DNA of 64,000 nt from Octopus sinensis (GCF_006345805.1 NC_043013.1:35092001-35156000); one strand, 5' to 3'; shown: positions 27,827-42,122, counted from the stretch's first letter. The notes: a model not told the origin generated them from the letters alone. Numbers and translations: made by a program.

Positions 27827-27830
<4 letters not shown>
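26925..27830. mobile_element. Inverted-repeat element X-Y-x'-X' (possibly Penelope-like)
   Basis: About 26925-27185 is the reverse complement of about 27570-27830; a partial third copy lies at about 27378-27520. Confidence 0.6.
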
Positions 27831-27873
<43 letters not shown>

Positions 27874-28194
27874 TATATATATATGCAGGCATGGCTGTGT
27901 GGTTAAGAATCACTGATATACACCCTAATTAATGTACACTGAGTTCTGTTTCTCTGTTTGTGTGAAAATTCCTTGCCCTACTCTCTCTCTCTTTCTCTCA
28001 CCCTCCATCACTCTCTCTCTCTCTTTCTCTCACCCTCCATCACTCTCTCTCTCTCTTTCTCTCATGCATGCACACACATAACAGTCTTTAACAGTTACAG
28101 GCAAGGCATTGATTAACCCAGGACTATAGAAGAAACAGTCCCTTTTAATTGCTTAATTACATTTGGTGACCACCAAAAGTATTTAAAAGGACAT

Positions 28195-28330
28195 TTTAAG
28201 AGAACATCATTTGTCAATTCAGACAATGGACTTCAACAACAGAACAGCTGTACTTGCTGACTCTACTACATCTGAAATCATTGAGGAGGCACCTACTGTG
28301 ACTAAGGTCAACCCAATGAACTATACCAGC
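28195..28330 (+). mobile_element. Possible Penelope GIY-YIG endonuclease C-terminal relic
   Basis: EHHLSIQTMDFNNRTAVLA...IIEEA...NPMN resembles from memory the AEH..H..DF.N..ILA...R.I.EA..I pattern of Penelope-like elements. Confidence 0.4.
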
Positions 28331-28692
28331 CATCTTGACACCTGCATACAGAAAAAATATCAAAATAGGTCTAACATCATCACACACACTGCACTCTCCT
28401 TTATAACCACCATTCCTTTCTCCTTTTCCACCTTTTACTCCAACTACCAAATGCACACAGAACTGTCCACATCCCCCAATCAACTTTTTCATTGGTTAAA
28501 TTGATAAACAACCTTTAGTTAAGCATTCACTGGTTCCAGTGTTAATGCCATATTGCCTGAGGAAATGACCACATGAATATGATCCACCTGATATCGATAG
28601 ATACTGCCGAATGAGCTGTAATCATCCTAGGAATACAGTCTATGATTGTAAGGAACAAGTGATTTGTAGAAACAGGCGTAGATTATAATTAG

Positions 28693-29105
28693 TAGGATTG
28701 ACTGTGTGGTAAGTAGCTTGCTTACCAACCACATGGTTCTGGCTTCAGTTCCACTGTGTGGCACCTTGTGCAAGTGTCTTCTTCTATAGCCTCGGGCTGA
28801 CCAAAGCCTTGTGAGTGGATTTGGTAGATGGAAACTGAAAGAACCCCATCGTATATATGTATATATATATATATGTGTGTGTGTGTATGTTTGGGTGTCT
28901 GTGTTTGTCCCCCCTCCCAAAAAAATCGCTTGACAATCGATGCTGGTGCGTTTATGTCCCTGTAACTTAGCAGTTTGGCATGATAGACCGATAGAATAAG
29001 TACTAGGCTTACAAACAATAAGTCCTGGGGTCGGTTTGCTCGACTAAAGGCGGTGCTCCACCATGACCACAGTCAAATGACTGAAACAAGTAAAAGAGTA
29101 AAAAG
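28693..29105 (+). mobile_element. SINE-A full length
   Basis: Head, internal microsatellite, 3' module and GAGTAAAA tail. Confidence 0.85.
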
Positions 29106-29155
29106 AGAGTAGTAGTATATATATACATAAACATATATCTACATATATACATATA

Positions 29156-29965
29156 TGAAAAGCAAATGAGTAACATGGATGTCCAGGTATTAGTGCATTA
29201 CGGCCATTCAAGGTGGCTCCTTTTAATTGATCAATGCAAGCATTACATCAATTTGAAATACACTGCCTTCCTCGGACGCATAAGACTATATAGGTTTTCA
29301 ACATACAGGATACTCCATTAAATTTTTTTTAGCAAATTTTTCATCAGAAGTAGAGAATATAATAATGATAATAATAATATAGCTTATGTCACCCCTACCC
29401 TCCCCCTTTCTGGATATATACCATTATCTTCCTAACATATTCTGAGACCTGTTCCTTTATGTAGTCATTGTGAATTTATAGCCACAGTAAAATAGGAGTA
29501 GAGAAGAGTATCTGACATTTAATAATTTGTCACTGGCAGCTAGAACTTAACTGTCAATTCTCAGAGGTTTTTATTCTAAGTGGATGTAGAATACAAGCTG
29601 CATTAGATCTTTTGATTGTGATAAGGAGATAGATAAATGTAGTTATATTACCATCTCTTGACCTTCATTGTTATTATTTTCTGCCACTCCAAACTATAGT
29701 AAGGTTATTTTCTCCCAATGTTAATTCTGCTACAGAAATAGCAACAAGCATGTAATTCTTTTATTCTCTAGCTCTGATGGAAAATTTGCTAAAAAAATTA
29801 TAATTATAACAGCATCCTGTCTGTTGATAACCTATATGGTCTTACGGTTCTGAGGAAGGTGGTGTATTTCAAACTGATGTAATGTTTGTATTGTTAAATT
29901 AAATGAAGCTGCCTGGAACGGCCGTAATGCCCTAATACCTTGACACTCTTGTTACTTATTTGCTT
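29156..29965. mobile_element. Long-TIR foldback/MITE, about 210-bp inverted arms
   Basis: 29156-29368 matches the reverse complement of 29761-29965 (e.g. GGTATTAGTGCATTACGGCC vs GGCCGTAATGCCCTAATACC). Confidence 0.75.
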
Positions 29966-30080
29966 TTTATTCACCTTACTACAAGCAGCACAGATAATAC
30001 CAAACTGACTTGGTGCCTCAACTTAAGTATCTAATTCAACTGAATCTTAATTATTTCTTACATGCATGCATACATACATA

Positions 30081-30678
30081 CAGTCAACATCATGGTGTTT
30101 GGAGTGATCACTAGTGATAGCGATATTATGCCTTCATTCATCTTCACACATGGCCTCATATTCAACACAGAGGCCAACATCAAGGGCCTGGAGGAGGTAG
30201 TGCTACCCTGGGTCAAGAGGATGGCTGCTGGAAGACCTTATGTCTGGCAACAGGTCTCTGCACCATGCCACACAAGTAGGAGAACCCAGTCATGGCAGCC
30301 AGACAATTTCTGCAACCACATCACCCCAAACATTTGGACACCTAACTCCCCAGACTGCAAACCCCTTGATAATTATGTATGGGGTGCAGTTGAGCAAGTG
30401 ACCAAAAAAACTCTTTGTAGCACCAAAAATGAACTGAAGGCAACGATTATGGCAACAGTCACCAACTTAAATAAAGAGACTGTCCAGAAGAGTTGCAGGA
30501 GATTCCAAAGTTGTCTATAGGTTGTGCTTGAAGACCACAGCGATTTTATTGAATAAATTTACTCTTTAGCATTTCAAAATATTTTAATGTAATTTTGGTA
30601 AATATATCTTTAAAATGAGATGTCTGTGTTATTTTCATCTTTGCATAATTTAGTTGACAGTTTATTCTCTGCACCCTG
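30081..30678 (+). mobile_element. maT (DD37D) Tc1/mariner transposase 3' fragment with right TIR
   Basis: WQQ(D>V)SAPCHTS...WTPNSPDCKPLD: 37 residues between the second and third catalytic positions; ends CACCCTG followed by TA. Confidence 0.85.
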
Positions 30679-30690
30679 TATATATATATC

Positions 30691-30746
<56 letters not shown>

Positions 30747-30865
30747 AAAATAATACGGGTGAAAAAATTGAATATTAACATGAAAATATATGGATAACTG
30801 ATATCCCATAGTGGGTTACCCTCATAACCCCTATCTTACTTGTACTATATATACATATATATATA

Positions 30866-30913
<48 letters not shown>

Positions 30914-30960
30914 ATTAAAGTATATTATTTAATAACTATTTATTGTTCTATTTTATTTTT

Positions 30961-31050
30961 AACCTGATGAGCGACTATATTTATATGCAAGTGATTTCTC
31001 TATATACTATAATCATTTCTTAAATATAGCAGTGAAACACGTGTCGTTTT
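30961..31050 (+). ncRNA. Hammerhead ribozyme motif (minimal type I, long stem II)
   Basis: AAC CTGATGA, stem II with 11 of 13 pairs, GAAA C-ACGT-G TC GTT; GUC triplet predicts cleavage after 31045; stem I is only 3 bp. Confidence 0.6.
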
Positions 31051-31211
31051 TCTACCTATTATATACATTATACTATTTTTGTAATTTACTTAATCTTTAC
31101 TTTTTAATTATTATTTAATTTTAACTTTTCTATTATATGTAATTTTCTAGATGGTGTAATTTAATTGTTCATTTTGAATTGATAAAAGGTGTTTTTTACT
31201 AATATTTCATA

Positions 31212-31252
<41 letters not shown>

Positions 31253-31901
31253 CATACATACATATATCTATTTATATATATATGTATGTGTATATTTGCA
31301 TTTATGGAGAGGGGAAAGCATATAACTATGTAGAGGTATATGTATTACTATGTTAGCTCAAGTTCAGCCATCATTTAACAGTCCCATTAGCATAGACATT
31401 CCTGTAATGACCATATTCCTTTGAATCATCTGAGTATAGTTTACCCCAACTGGTATTCTCAGATGCATTCTTCTGTTTTCTTAAGACAGTAGTGTGTAAT
31501 TTCAAGGAGACATAGTTATGGTTTGTAGCTAGTGAAATATCTTAGAGGTTACCTCATTAGCATTTGAGAAGTTTTGGCTATATATGTATAGTATGCACAC
31601 GTACACAGGCACAAACATGCACACACTCACACATGCACAAATACACGCACACACACACACAAAATATATACATATATGTGTGTATATACATATATATATA
31701 TATATATAGTTATATATATGTGTATGTGTGTGTATGGTATGTATATATATATACATACATATATATATATACATATATATATATACACACACACACACGC
31801 ACGCACATTCACATATACTATGTATGTGTGTGTATGCATGCATGTATATATATATATATAAAAATGCATATATGTATATATGTTATATATGAATCTGGTC
31901 A

Positions 31902-31973
<72 letters not shown>

Positions 31974-33129
31974 TTTGTATGTATGTGCACACATGTAAGT
32001 TACACACACACACATACACACATTTATATATAAAACTGTTATACATTTAGACATGTTTGTGTGTGCATGTGTGTGTGCCTGTATCAGTGTGCGCATGCAC
32101 ACGCAAGTGGGTGTATGTTTATGCATAACATAAGCTAGATTTTGACAGAAAATTTCAAAGGTATTTATTTGCTTATACATTCAAAGAAATCTTCTGTTGA
32201 TAAACTTTCACGGTTTTCAGATTAATTTTCTGAATCCTTTTCCTCTTGTTGACACTGCGGTTAGTGGCTAGCTTCAGCAGTGATTAAGTAAGAGCACACG
32301 GTGAGCTAAGTGTCATTCTCAATTATCATCTATACCCACTTCTCACCCCACTCTCCTTCTCTTTAGATATTCTTCTAGCATCTTGAAAAAGAAAGGTATT
32401 AGTAGGAAAATATACAGCTCTGTCATTCCATAGCATGGCCCCCACTTGGCAACAGTGTTATTGATATGCTACTTGTTTGGAAAAGTTTGTAGTCTCATAG
32501 GTCCATGATAGATTAACTGAATTGTCGAGAATTGCAGTCAACCTTGTTGTAATATGTGCGCGAGTCAGATATGGCTGATTCTTTTATGATATTGTATATT
32601 AAGATTTGTAAGAAATGTTGGATTATCTTCACTGAGTTGATGTATTCTTCATCACATGAAGGAAAGAAATTGAAGTAAAAGAGAAATGACAGAGGATGTG
32701 GGTGGCAGGTGGGTAGAAAAATCGGGAAAGAAGAGAAAGAGATGCTTGTTCTTTAAAAGAGATAATTGGAATGGTGGATTAGAACTAATAAAAATGGAAC
32801 TTAACTGAAATGGCTCCTCATAAAATATCAGACAGAGCTGAAAAGGAATGGATAGAAATGCCAAGCGAAATAATTACTTTGGCATCCTTTTAATATTCAT
32901 GCATATAAGTGTGGTTTGCTGAAGAAAATAAGGACAAACAAAGTATTTAATTGAAGGTAAGGTGCAGCCACTTAGATTTCGGTACAGCTGGTACATTCAA
33001 ACAGCCAGAAATACATCTCCATGTGAGATCTTTTAACGTAGCAAAACTGATGAAGTGGAAGCAGATTTTGGCTTAACAGAATAAATTCAACAACACTTTG
33101 GGGGATTCTTCATCTGACAGCTTTTATAT

Positions 33130-33355
33130 ATCATCATCATCATCATTGCTGTTGTTGTTGTTGTTGTTGTTGTTGTCGTCGTGTTGTCGTCATCGTCTTT
33201 GTTGTCATCATCACCATCATTATTGCCATCATCATCATCGTCATCAGCATCGTCATCATTATCATCAGTAGCATTATCATCATCATCCCCAGTATCATCA
33301 TCACTAACATCATCATCATCATCATCATCATCATTATCATCATCAACATCAACAT
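33130..33355. repeat. (CAT/GTT)n trinucleotide tract
   Basis: Direct reading. Confidence 0.9.
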
Positions 33356-33950
33356 TTTGAATATATATATATATATGTGTGTGTGTGTGTATATATGCAT
33401 TCCTATACATATGGACAAACAATACAGAAATAAATTACTTATATCTTTCACAAGTTGGCACGGTGCCTGAGATTTTTCAGCAGAAAGATGAAGGATTGGA
33501 ACGATGTGTGATGGTCATGTATTTCACAAGTGTAATAATGACAGAAAAGCAATGAATTTTAGAGCTGGTAAACTAGAAATCAGTCTCTAGTTTACAAAGT
33601 AAACGATGACATGTCATTGTACAGGTACGCACAGATTTTCAAACATAGGCTGATTGCATACAGAGTTAGAAACCCAGGTATAATTTTGAACATTTTCTCT
33701 GAGTTTATGTGTCGCCATGACCGTTTGTTGTAGCATCACTTCCTTTAACGATTTTGTTATTATATTGTAGGCACAGGTTGCTAAAGAGCTTGCTTCCCAA
33801 ACTTGTATGTATATATATAATATATATATATATATATATCCTTCTTTCTACCTCTCCTATCAAACCTGTTTTTTTCTCAAACAGTCGCCATGCTTGACTG
33901 TTAAATCCACTTGTATTTTTTAATCCCTCCCCGTTTATTTCTTTGCATTC

Positions 33951-33986
33951 CCTTCTGTTGAAGAGTGTTGGCTCAAAACATAAAAG
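33951..33986 (+). ncRNA. Degenerate hammerhead relic
   Basis: CCTT CTGTTGA A GAGT-GTTG-GCTC AAAA CA TA AAAG: layout retained, core mutated. Confidence 0.3.
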
Positions 33987-34029
33987 ACTTTCTCACCTTC
34001 TCGATAGATAGATAGATAGATAGATAGAT

Positions 34030-34225
34030 TCTTTTACTTATTTCAGTCATTTGACTACAGCCATGCTGGAGCACCACTTTTAGTTGAATGAATTGACTCC
34101 AGGACTTATTTTTTGTAAGACTGGTACTTATTCTATTGGTTTCTTTTGCCAAACTGCTTAGTTACAGGGACGTAAGCACACCAATATCGGTTGACAAGCG
34201 ATGGTAGGGTAACAAACACAGATGC
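34030..34225 (-). mobile_element. SINE-A 3' half
   Basis: Reverse-complement 3' module. Confidence 0.75.
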
Positions 34226-34250
34226 ACACACAAACATATATATATATATA

Positions 34251-34286
<36 letters not shown>

Positions 34287-34408
34287 ACATACATACATAC
34301 ATATATACATTTAGAGAGAGAGAGAGAAAGAGAGAGACATACACAGACTGGCAGACAGACAGACAGGCAGAAACAGACAGACAGGCAAACTGATAGATAA
34401 ATAGATAA

Positions 34409-34455
<47 letters not shown>

Positions 34456-34473
34456 TGCATATATATACATATA

Positions 34474-34689
34474 GAAGTGGGTACTGAAAAGTTCCTGGCC
34501 TTAAGAGTATCAGGCAAGTCCTGGTTAGAGGCGCAACATTGTGAGTTCTTTTACAAGGTTTAGAAAAACCAAAGGACCACTGCAATAAGTGCGTGAATCT
34601 GAGAGGGAAATATGTTGGATAAAATCATAATTTACTGATCCTACCCTATTGTCTTTTACCCAAAGCCAGGAACTGTTTAGCACCCTTGA
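34474..34689 (+). mobile_element. Mariner-derived MITE
   Basis: TIRs GGGTACTGAAAAGTTCCTGGC / GCCAGGAACTGTTTAGCACCC, TA flanks, internal GLEKPKDHCNKCVNLRGKYV* C-terminus. Confidence 0.75.
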
Positions 34690-35638
34690 TAAGTATGTGT
34701 ATCTGAGTGTCCATTGTAGCCTTATCTTAACATCACATCAAAGTATAAACAAGCATTCGTCATAAAAGTAATGTTGCATCTTTCCAGTCTTCCATGGAAA
34801 ATCCGTTTTTGTGTGGGAAATATTATCCTGATTGGGAACAGGTGAGCATTAGCAACAGGAAAGGTAACCAGCTGAGGAAAAATCTGCATCAATGAATTCC
34901 ACCTGACCCATGCACGCATGGAAAAGAGTGGATGTTAAAGGATGATGATGATGACGATGAGGAGGAGGAATCATGATGATAATGGTGGGTGGTGGTAATA
35001 TTGATGGTGGCAATGACAGTAATGACGACAAGGCCAACGATGACGATAATGATGACAATGATGATGATGATGATGTTCATCATAATGATGACGAATGCCT
35101 TTGTTAAATTACTTTTAGAAATTACTGTAAATTTAGTAAATTAACTTGGTCATTATTTAGCCGGTGTTTGCAACATAAATTTACATGAAAATTTGATGAA
35201 TGGCTTTTAGATCACTTCAAATAGGAAGTTTCTATCATAGAACTAGGAAAGTTCTTGGGTGGTTTTAGAAGTAAAATGGTTAATGAATTAAAATATACTA
35301 TATGAAACTTTGTAAGGTCTTGGGAAATAACAGAAATGCTTCTTGCCATTACCATGTGATCCTTTGTAGTCAAAGAAAATATCCACCAAGAAGAGAATGG
35401 TTTCTGCAGAATGAGTTTATTTTCTTTTTAGAAGAAGCTGCTGCTGCTGCATACCAATTATAATGAGTAAACAGTAATCAGAAATAATGACAAGATCTAA
35501 TGATGAAGTAAATTAAGATCAATTAAGGTCATAATTCTTTTCTATTTTAGGCACAATGCCCAAAATTTTTCGGGAGGGTGGGCCAGTCAATTAGATCGAC
35601 CCCCAGTGCACAAATGGTACTTAATTTATCAACCCCTG

Positions 35639-35774
35639 GCATAGGCCACGAGGTTATGGTCTCATTTGGCTTGCTGGGTCATCTCAAGCACAGCATATTT
35701 CCAAAAGTCTCGGTCACTAGTCAATGCCTCGGTGAAGCCTAATGTTCGAAGGTCGTGGTTCACCACTTCATCCC
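35639..35774 (-). mobile_element. RTE LINE C-terminal fragment flanked by about 110-bp direct repeats
   Basis: WDEVVNHDLRTLGFTEALTSDRDFWKYAV; the repeats lie at 35526-35638 and 35775-35883. Confidence 0.75.
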
Positions 35775-36624
35775 AGGTCATAATTCTTTTGTACTCTAGG
35801 CACAATGTCCAAAATTTTGAGGGAGGGGGCCAGTTGATTAGATCGACCCCAGTACACAATTGGTACTTAATTTATCAACCCTGAAAGGATGAAAGGCAAA
35901 GTCGCCCTCAGAGGAAGGTCATAATAAGTCTGAAATATAAATTGGTTATTGATGCAGATTCTTGAAACACGCAGAAAGACTTGTGCCTGATGATGATGAT
36001 GATGATCATCATCATTAATATTTGCTTTCCATGCTGGCATGGGTTAGATGGCTTGATTGGAATAGGTAAGCTAGAGAGCTGCACCAGGTTCCAGTCTGAT
36101 TTGGCATAGTTTCTATGGCTGGATGCCCTTCCTAATGCCAACCACCCCGAGGTTATAATGGGTGCTTTTTACATGCCACTGGCTGGCTCCAAGATTTAGC
36201 AAGAGGCCAGTGATTTCAGCAGAGGTGGTATATCGATTACATCAACCCCTGTGTTCAGTTGGTAGCTTTTATATTGACTCTGAAAGGATGAAAGACAAAG
36301 ACAGATGTAGCCCAAGCGGTATTTGAACTCTGAACATAAATTCCGAAGAAATGTTGTTATGCATTTTTCTCAGCACTGTAACGATTCTACCAGCTCACTA
36401 CCTTTGATTTATAAATGATTTTACAAGCCAATGCACCTCTTTCAAGATTTATTATTTTGCCACAGTCCGCAAAGCAGAGGTTTGCCAATCCTTGTGTCTA
36501 GTGTCAGCTGGATGGACTGGGCTAATTTGGTGTCCGGTATTGTGCCACAGATTAAGTAAAAAATTGCTTACAGAATATGAAATGCCAACATCACAGCTGG
36601 TTCTGTTATCTTTTTCTTTAATTT

Positions 36625-37080
<456 letters not shown>

Positions 37081-37664
37081 CCATTCTATTGCTTTGGTCA
37101 TCTGCTCTCCTACGTGTATGTAAGGGAGTGCAAACATAACATCAAACATCAATGGGTTTAAGCTTCACTAAGTTTTTATTTTAATATATAAGTATACATT
37201 TTTAATATATGAGAAAGTATATATTTAAATATATGCACATGTATATACTTAAATATTTATGTTAAATCATAGCATTTAATTCCATAATTATCCATATATA
37301 CATATAACAGATTTTATATGCTTAACACAAATTTGTATTAAGCAAAGTCTTTGTTTTAATTTATTTTGATAATAATAAAGTAATTAGCAAAATAAATTCA
37401 TCATTATTTAGCTGATGTTTAGAATACAAATTTACATGAAATATTCATGGAAGATTCTAATTTAGAGACTATCTGAGACTGCTCCTGTTTCTATGATATG
37501 AAATTCATGTTCTAAAGTAATTTAAATTACATCCTTCCATCAAAAATTTCATGACAGTTTATGTTCCAAACACCTACTTAACGACATAGTTATTCTGATA
37601 AATTCTTCATTATTTTCAGAATTAATTAAAATATAGTTTAGTGCATTTTGGCAGTAATATCATG

Positions 37665-37902
37665 GCACTCCGTCGGTTATGACAACAAGTGTTCCAGTTG
37701 ATCCAATCAACGGAAAAGCCTGCTCGTGAAATTAACGTGCAAGTGGCTGAGCACTCCACAGACACGTGTACCCTTAATGTAGTTCTCAGGGAGATTCAGC
37801 ATGGCACAGAGTGTGACAAAGCTGGCCCTTTGAAATACAGGTACAATAGAAACAGAAAGAAAGAGTGACAGAAATTTGTGGTGAAAGAGTACAGCAGGGT
37901 TT
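37665..37902 (-). mobile_element. SINE-C 3' part
   Basis: GCAAGTGGCTGAGCACTCCACAGACACGTG module. Confidence 0.75.
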
Positions 37903-38559
37903 TATCTTTCATCCTTTCAGGGTCGATAAAATAAGTACCAGTTGATCATTAGGGTCAATGTAATCAACTTAACCCTGCCACTAAAGTTGTTAGCCTTGAG
38001 CCAAAATTTGAAACCAATATCAACTTTTCTTTGTGAGTTGAGTTGGCCAAAGTTGCATAGCAAATGATGGACGTTATGTTCTTACAACATAGCTACAAGT
38101 TAGGCTTTATTACATCCACTATGTGCTGACAACAGAGACTGTTGTAGCTAAGCAGAGGAGATGTTGCAATGAACCTAGGGCACACATGTGAACATCTGTA
38201 AATCAATCATTAAAAATTATTTATTATTAGACTCTATACGAAAGAGGCAGCAGATGTGAATGAATGATGAGTTTGTGGAGAAGACTAGAGGTTTCAACAG
38301 TAAATGAAATATTAGAGGAAGAAGTACAGTAAAGGAGGCAGTAGAAAATAAAGAGATCGATGTATAATAAGAAAGAAAACAAGTAATTCAATATAATTGT
38401 GTTCTGTGGATAAAAATTGTATATAAAGTATTTTGATAAATATATTACTTGTACATTAAAAGTATTTCATTTCAATGTTGCACTTTTCTGCAGAATATAT
38501 CTTCAGATTTTAGCTGACACGGTATATAATGGATAGGTGGAAATATCTTGTTAATATAG

Positions 38560-38958
38560 GTGCAGGAGTGGCTGTGTGGTAAGTAGCTTGCTAACCAACC
38601 ACATGGTTCTGGGTTCAGTCCCACTGCGTGGCATCTTGGGCAAGTGTCTTCTGCTATAGCCCCGGGCCGACCAATGCCTTGTGAGTGGATTTGGTAGATG
38701 GAAACTGAAAGAAGCCTGTCGTATATATGTATATATATGTGTGTGTGTGTTTGTGTGTCTGTGTCTAGCATTGCTTGACAACCGATGCTGGTGTGTTTAC
38801 GTCCCCGTCACTTAGCGGTTCGGCAAAAGAGACCGATAGAATAAGTACTGGGCTTACTAAGAATAAGTCCCGGGGTCGATTTGCTTGACTAAAAGGCGGT
38901 GCTCCAGCATGGCTGCAGTCAAATGACTGAAACAAGTAAAAGAGTAAAAGAGTAAAAG
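38560..38958 (+). mobile_element. SINE-A full length, young copy (CpG-rich)
   Basis: Complete structure with many CpG retained and a (GAGTAAAA)n tail. Confidence 0.9.
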
Positions 38959-39193
38959 ATATGCAATATTTTTGTGGGTTGAAAAAGTGGAATCGGCTCA
39001 GAACAAAGTTCAGTTTTGTGTTGGGATTTCATCAAAGACTGGGTATCTTCTTTGCTGATAAAATGTAAATGGATCAAGGGGATAGCTGGCCATTAATGAA
39101 ATCCCAATACACTGTTCAAGCTGGTCCCTATTTTTTCTATCCAGTGATATAATGTGCATAGAGACTTCTATTATATGCAGAAAGCATATAGGC

Positions 39194-39706
39194 ATAGGAG
39201 TGGCTGTGTGGTAAGTAGCTTGCTTACCAACCACATGGTTCCAGGTTCAGTCCCACTGCATGGCACCTTCGGCAAATGTCTTCTACTTTAACCTTAGGCT
39301 GTCCAAAGCCTTGTGGGTGGATTTGGTAGACAGAAACTGAAAGAAGCCCGTCGTATATATGTATATGTATGTGTGTATATATATATATACATATATATGT
39401 ATGTATGAATGTATGTATGTATGTATGTATGTATGTATGTATGTATGTATGTATGTATGTATGTATGTATGTATGTATGTATGTATGTATGTGTATATGT
39501 TTGTGTGTCTATATTTGTCCCTCAACATTGCTTGACAACTGATGCTGGTGTGTTTACATCGCCATAACTTAGCGGTTCGACAAAAGAGACCAATAGAATA
39601 GGTACTAGGCTTACAAAGAATAAGTCCTGGCGTCGATTTGCTTAACTAAAGGCGGTGCTCCAGCATGGCCATAGTCAAATGACTGAAACAAGTAAAAGAG
39701 TAAAAC
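39194..39706 (+). mobile_element. SINE-A with expanded (TATG)n core
   Basis: Complete structure. Confidence 0.85.
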
Positions 39707-40231
39707 TGGATAATGTTTTCAAAGACTTACAGATGTCAAAATTTGAATATTTACCGTACTGAAACAGGTATAGAAACTCCAGAGAAGAACAGGCATTGTA
39801 ACTGTTGAATCGTTCTTGCACAGAGATCAGCCAGTGCTTGTTATTATAAACTCTTCAGCTGCAGATGATTTTAATTCACACACGCACTCCAGTGAACCAA
39901 ACTACATCATCGCTTCATGCAATAACCTTGTCTCTCCCTCCCTGTTCTGAACACCATTTTGTCAGCTCTCTCGCATGTCCTTCCCCTCCTGCCAGCTTTA
40001 TTATTGCTCTTCTGCCACTCCCCTATGTATCTATGTTCACTACTCACTGCATTCCCCCTTTTCCTTCACTTCATTCCTTTTTGAACTCTTATAATCTCTC
40101 TGTCCAATCTTTTCTTCTCTACCGCTCCTCTTTACATTTGCCTTGCACCATGAGAGTACACCATGGAACATCACCACCAACTTCTCCCTCTATCTCTGTC
40201 CCTCTCTCTTTCTCTCTCTCTGTCTTTTCCC

Positions 40232-40277
<46 letters not shown>

Positions 40278-41739
40278 GGAGTAGCCATGTTTCTTCTCTA
40301 CAGCAAGACACCTGTTTTTGTCCCTCAATCATACTTTCATCTCTCGTCACCTGACGCAAAGCCTCCTCCCTCAGTATCAGTCCTCCCCTTAGTCTTGCAA
40401 GTTACTTGGTTGACATCATCAGTGCTGGCTCCACATAAAAAGCACACAGTACATCCCATAAAATGGTAAGCATTAGGAAGGGTATCCAGCCATAAAAATT
40501 ATGTCAGAACTGACAGTAGAGCTTAGCACAGTCCTCTGGCTTGTCAGTGCCTGTCAAAACATCCAACCCAAGCCATCACAGAAACCACATGTTAAATAAT
40601 GATGCTGACAACAACAACGATGTATTCCTCTTGCTTTCTAAAGCATAGAACTTCAAAAGAATTTTAAATTTAAATATAGTATAGAAGATCCTCATATGCT
40701 GGAAGCAGATATATAACTGTAAAAGTTGGCCTTGTAGAAAGACAGTCATTCTTTAGATAGAATAATTATTCCGAGTAACCCTTACAGCAATTTTAGCCGG
40801 TTGCTCCAAAAATTTATTTTCACTAACAGGCAGGTTTTCTGTTAGTATAGTTAACATCATTTTACTTAAATAACAATATCCTGAATGTCATTAATAATCA
40901 GATATCAAAAAGCTAAAAACAAATAAATTCCTGACTTATTCAAAGTGAAAATTAATGGAACTTATACAGCATTTTCCAATTCTGTGTCACCTTTGTAGCC
41001 ATATGTAATAGTACAAAAATGGGATATGCTCTTCATCAAAGTTGCTTTTATTGAACTGTAAAGTTCTCTACCAAATTCATTTAATCACAATTAATTTTTA
41101 CTCCTTATTTACCAAACTGTTTCTAGTAGATGATGTTTTGCCAATAAGGAATACTGCCAAATTTGAATCAGCCGGTTTTAATGCTATCAGTTTAAAGTAA
41201 ACAAACATTTTCTATTCCTGATTGTCTCTGCATTCAATGGCAACTTCAACAAACAGAATACTTGTTCTCAGCAAACTAATCTGTTTGCATTCAGATCACT
41301 TTTACCATATGTAATGAAGGCACTAGCATCTCAAACTGTCAGTAAATAATATAATTTTGGATAAAATCAATGAGCAGTAAAATTCTAATCTATCAAAACA
41401 TGTGTGGCAACTGAGAGTTTATTGGGCGCTTATTTTCGGATATGATTGATCATCTTATAGCAGAGCAGTAAAACTTTAGGAGGGCATGTTAAGCGAGAGA
41501 TCTTATGCTATGGGGTTTAAAGACTTGTTTGTATATCAATGCTTAAGTAGATATGATCAGTGACTTAAGCTCTAATGAAAAAGACTCTCCAGAGTGAACA
41601 ACACCCTACTTAACCCCCCCCCACCCCCACCGCCCGGTAAAACACAAACACACACATACACACACACTCATGTACATCGCTAACATATATCCATCTACAC
41701 AAATACATTTCAACACACACACATACACATGTATATACC

Positions 41740-42122
41740 GTGCCAGTGGCACATAAAAAGCACCATTCAAGTGTGATCGTTATCAGCGTCGCCTTACTGG
41801 CACATGAAAAAAACATTTGAGCAAGGTCGTTGCCAGTGCCGCTGGACTGGCTCCTGTGCAGGTGGTGCGGAAAAAACACCATTTGAGTGCGGCCATTATC
41901 AGCGTCACCTTACTGGCCCTCGTGCTGGTGCCACAAAAAAGCACCCACTACACTCTCAGTGTGGTTGGTGTTAGGAAGGGCATCCAGCTGTAGAAACTCT
42001 GCCAGGTCAAGATTGGAGTCTGGTGCAGCCATCTGGTTCGCCAGTCCTCAGTCAAATCGCCTAACCCATGCTAGCATTGAAAGAGGACATTAAACAATGA
42101 TGATGATGATGATGATGATGAT
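41740..42122 (+). mobile_element. RTE-type tail element with subrepeats
   Basis: GTGGCAC(A)TAAAAAGCACC subrepeats, TAGGAAGGGCATCCAGCTGTAGAAAC, GAT tail. Confidence 0.75.
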
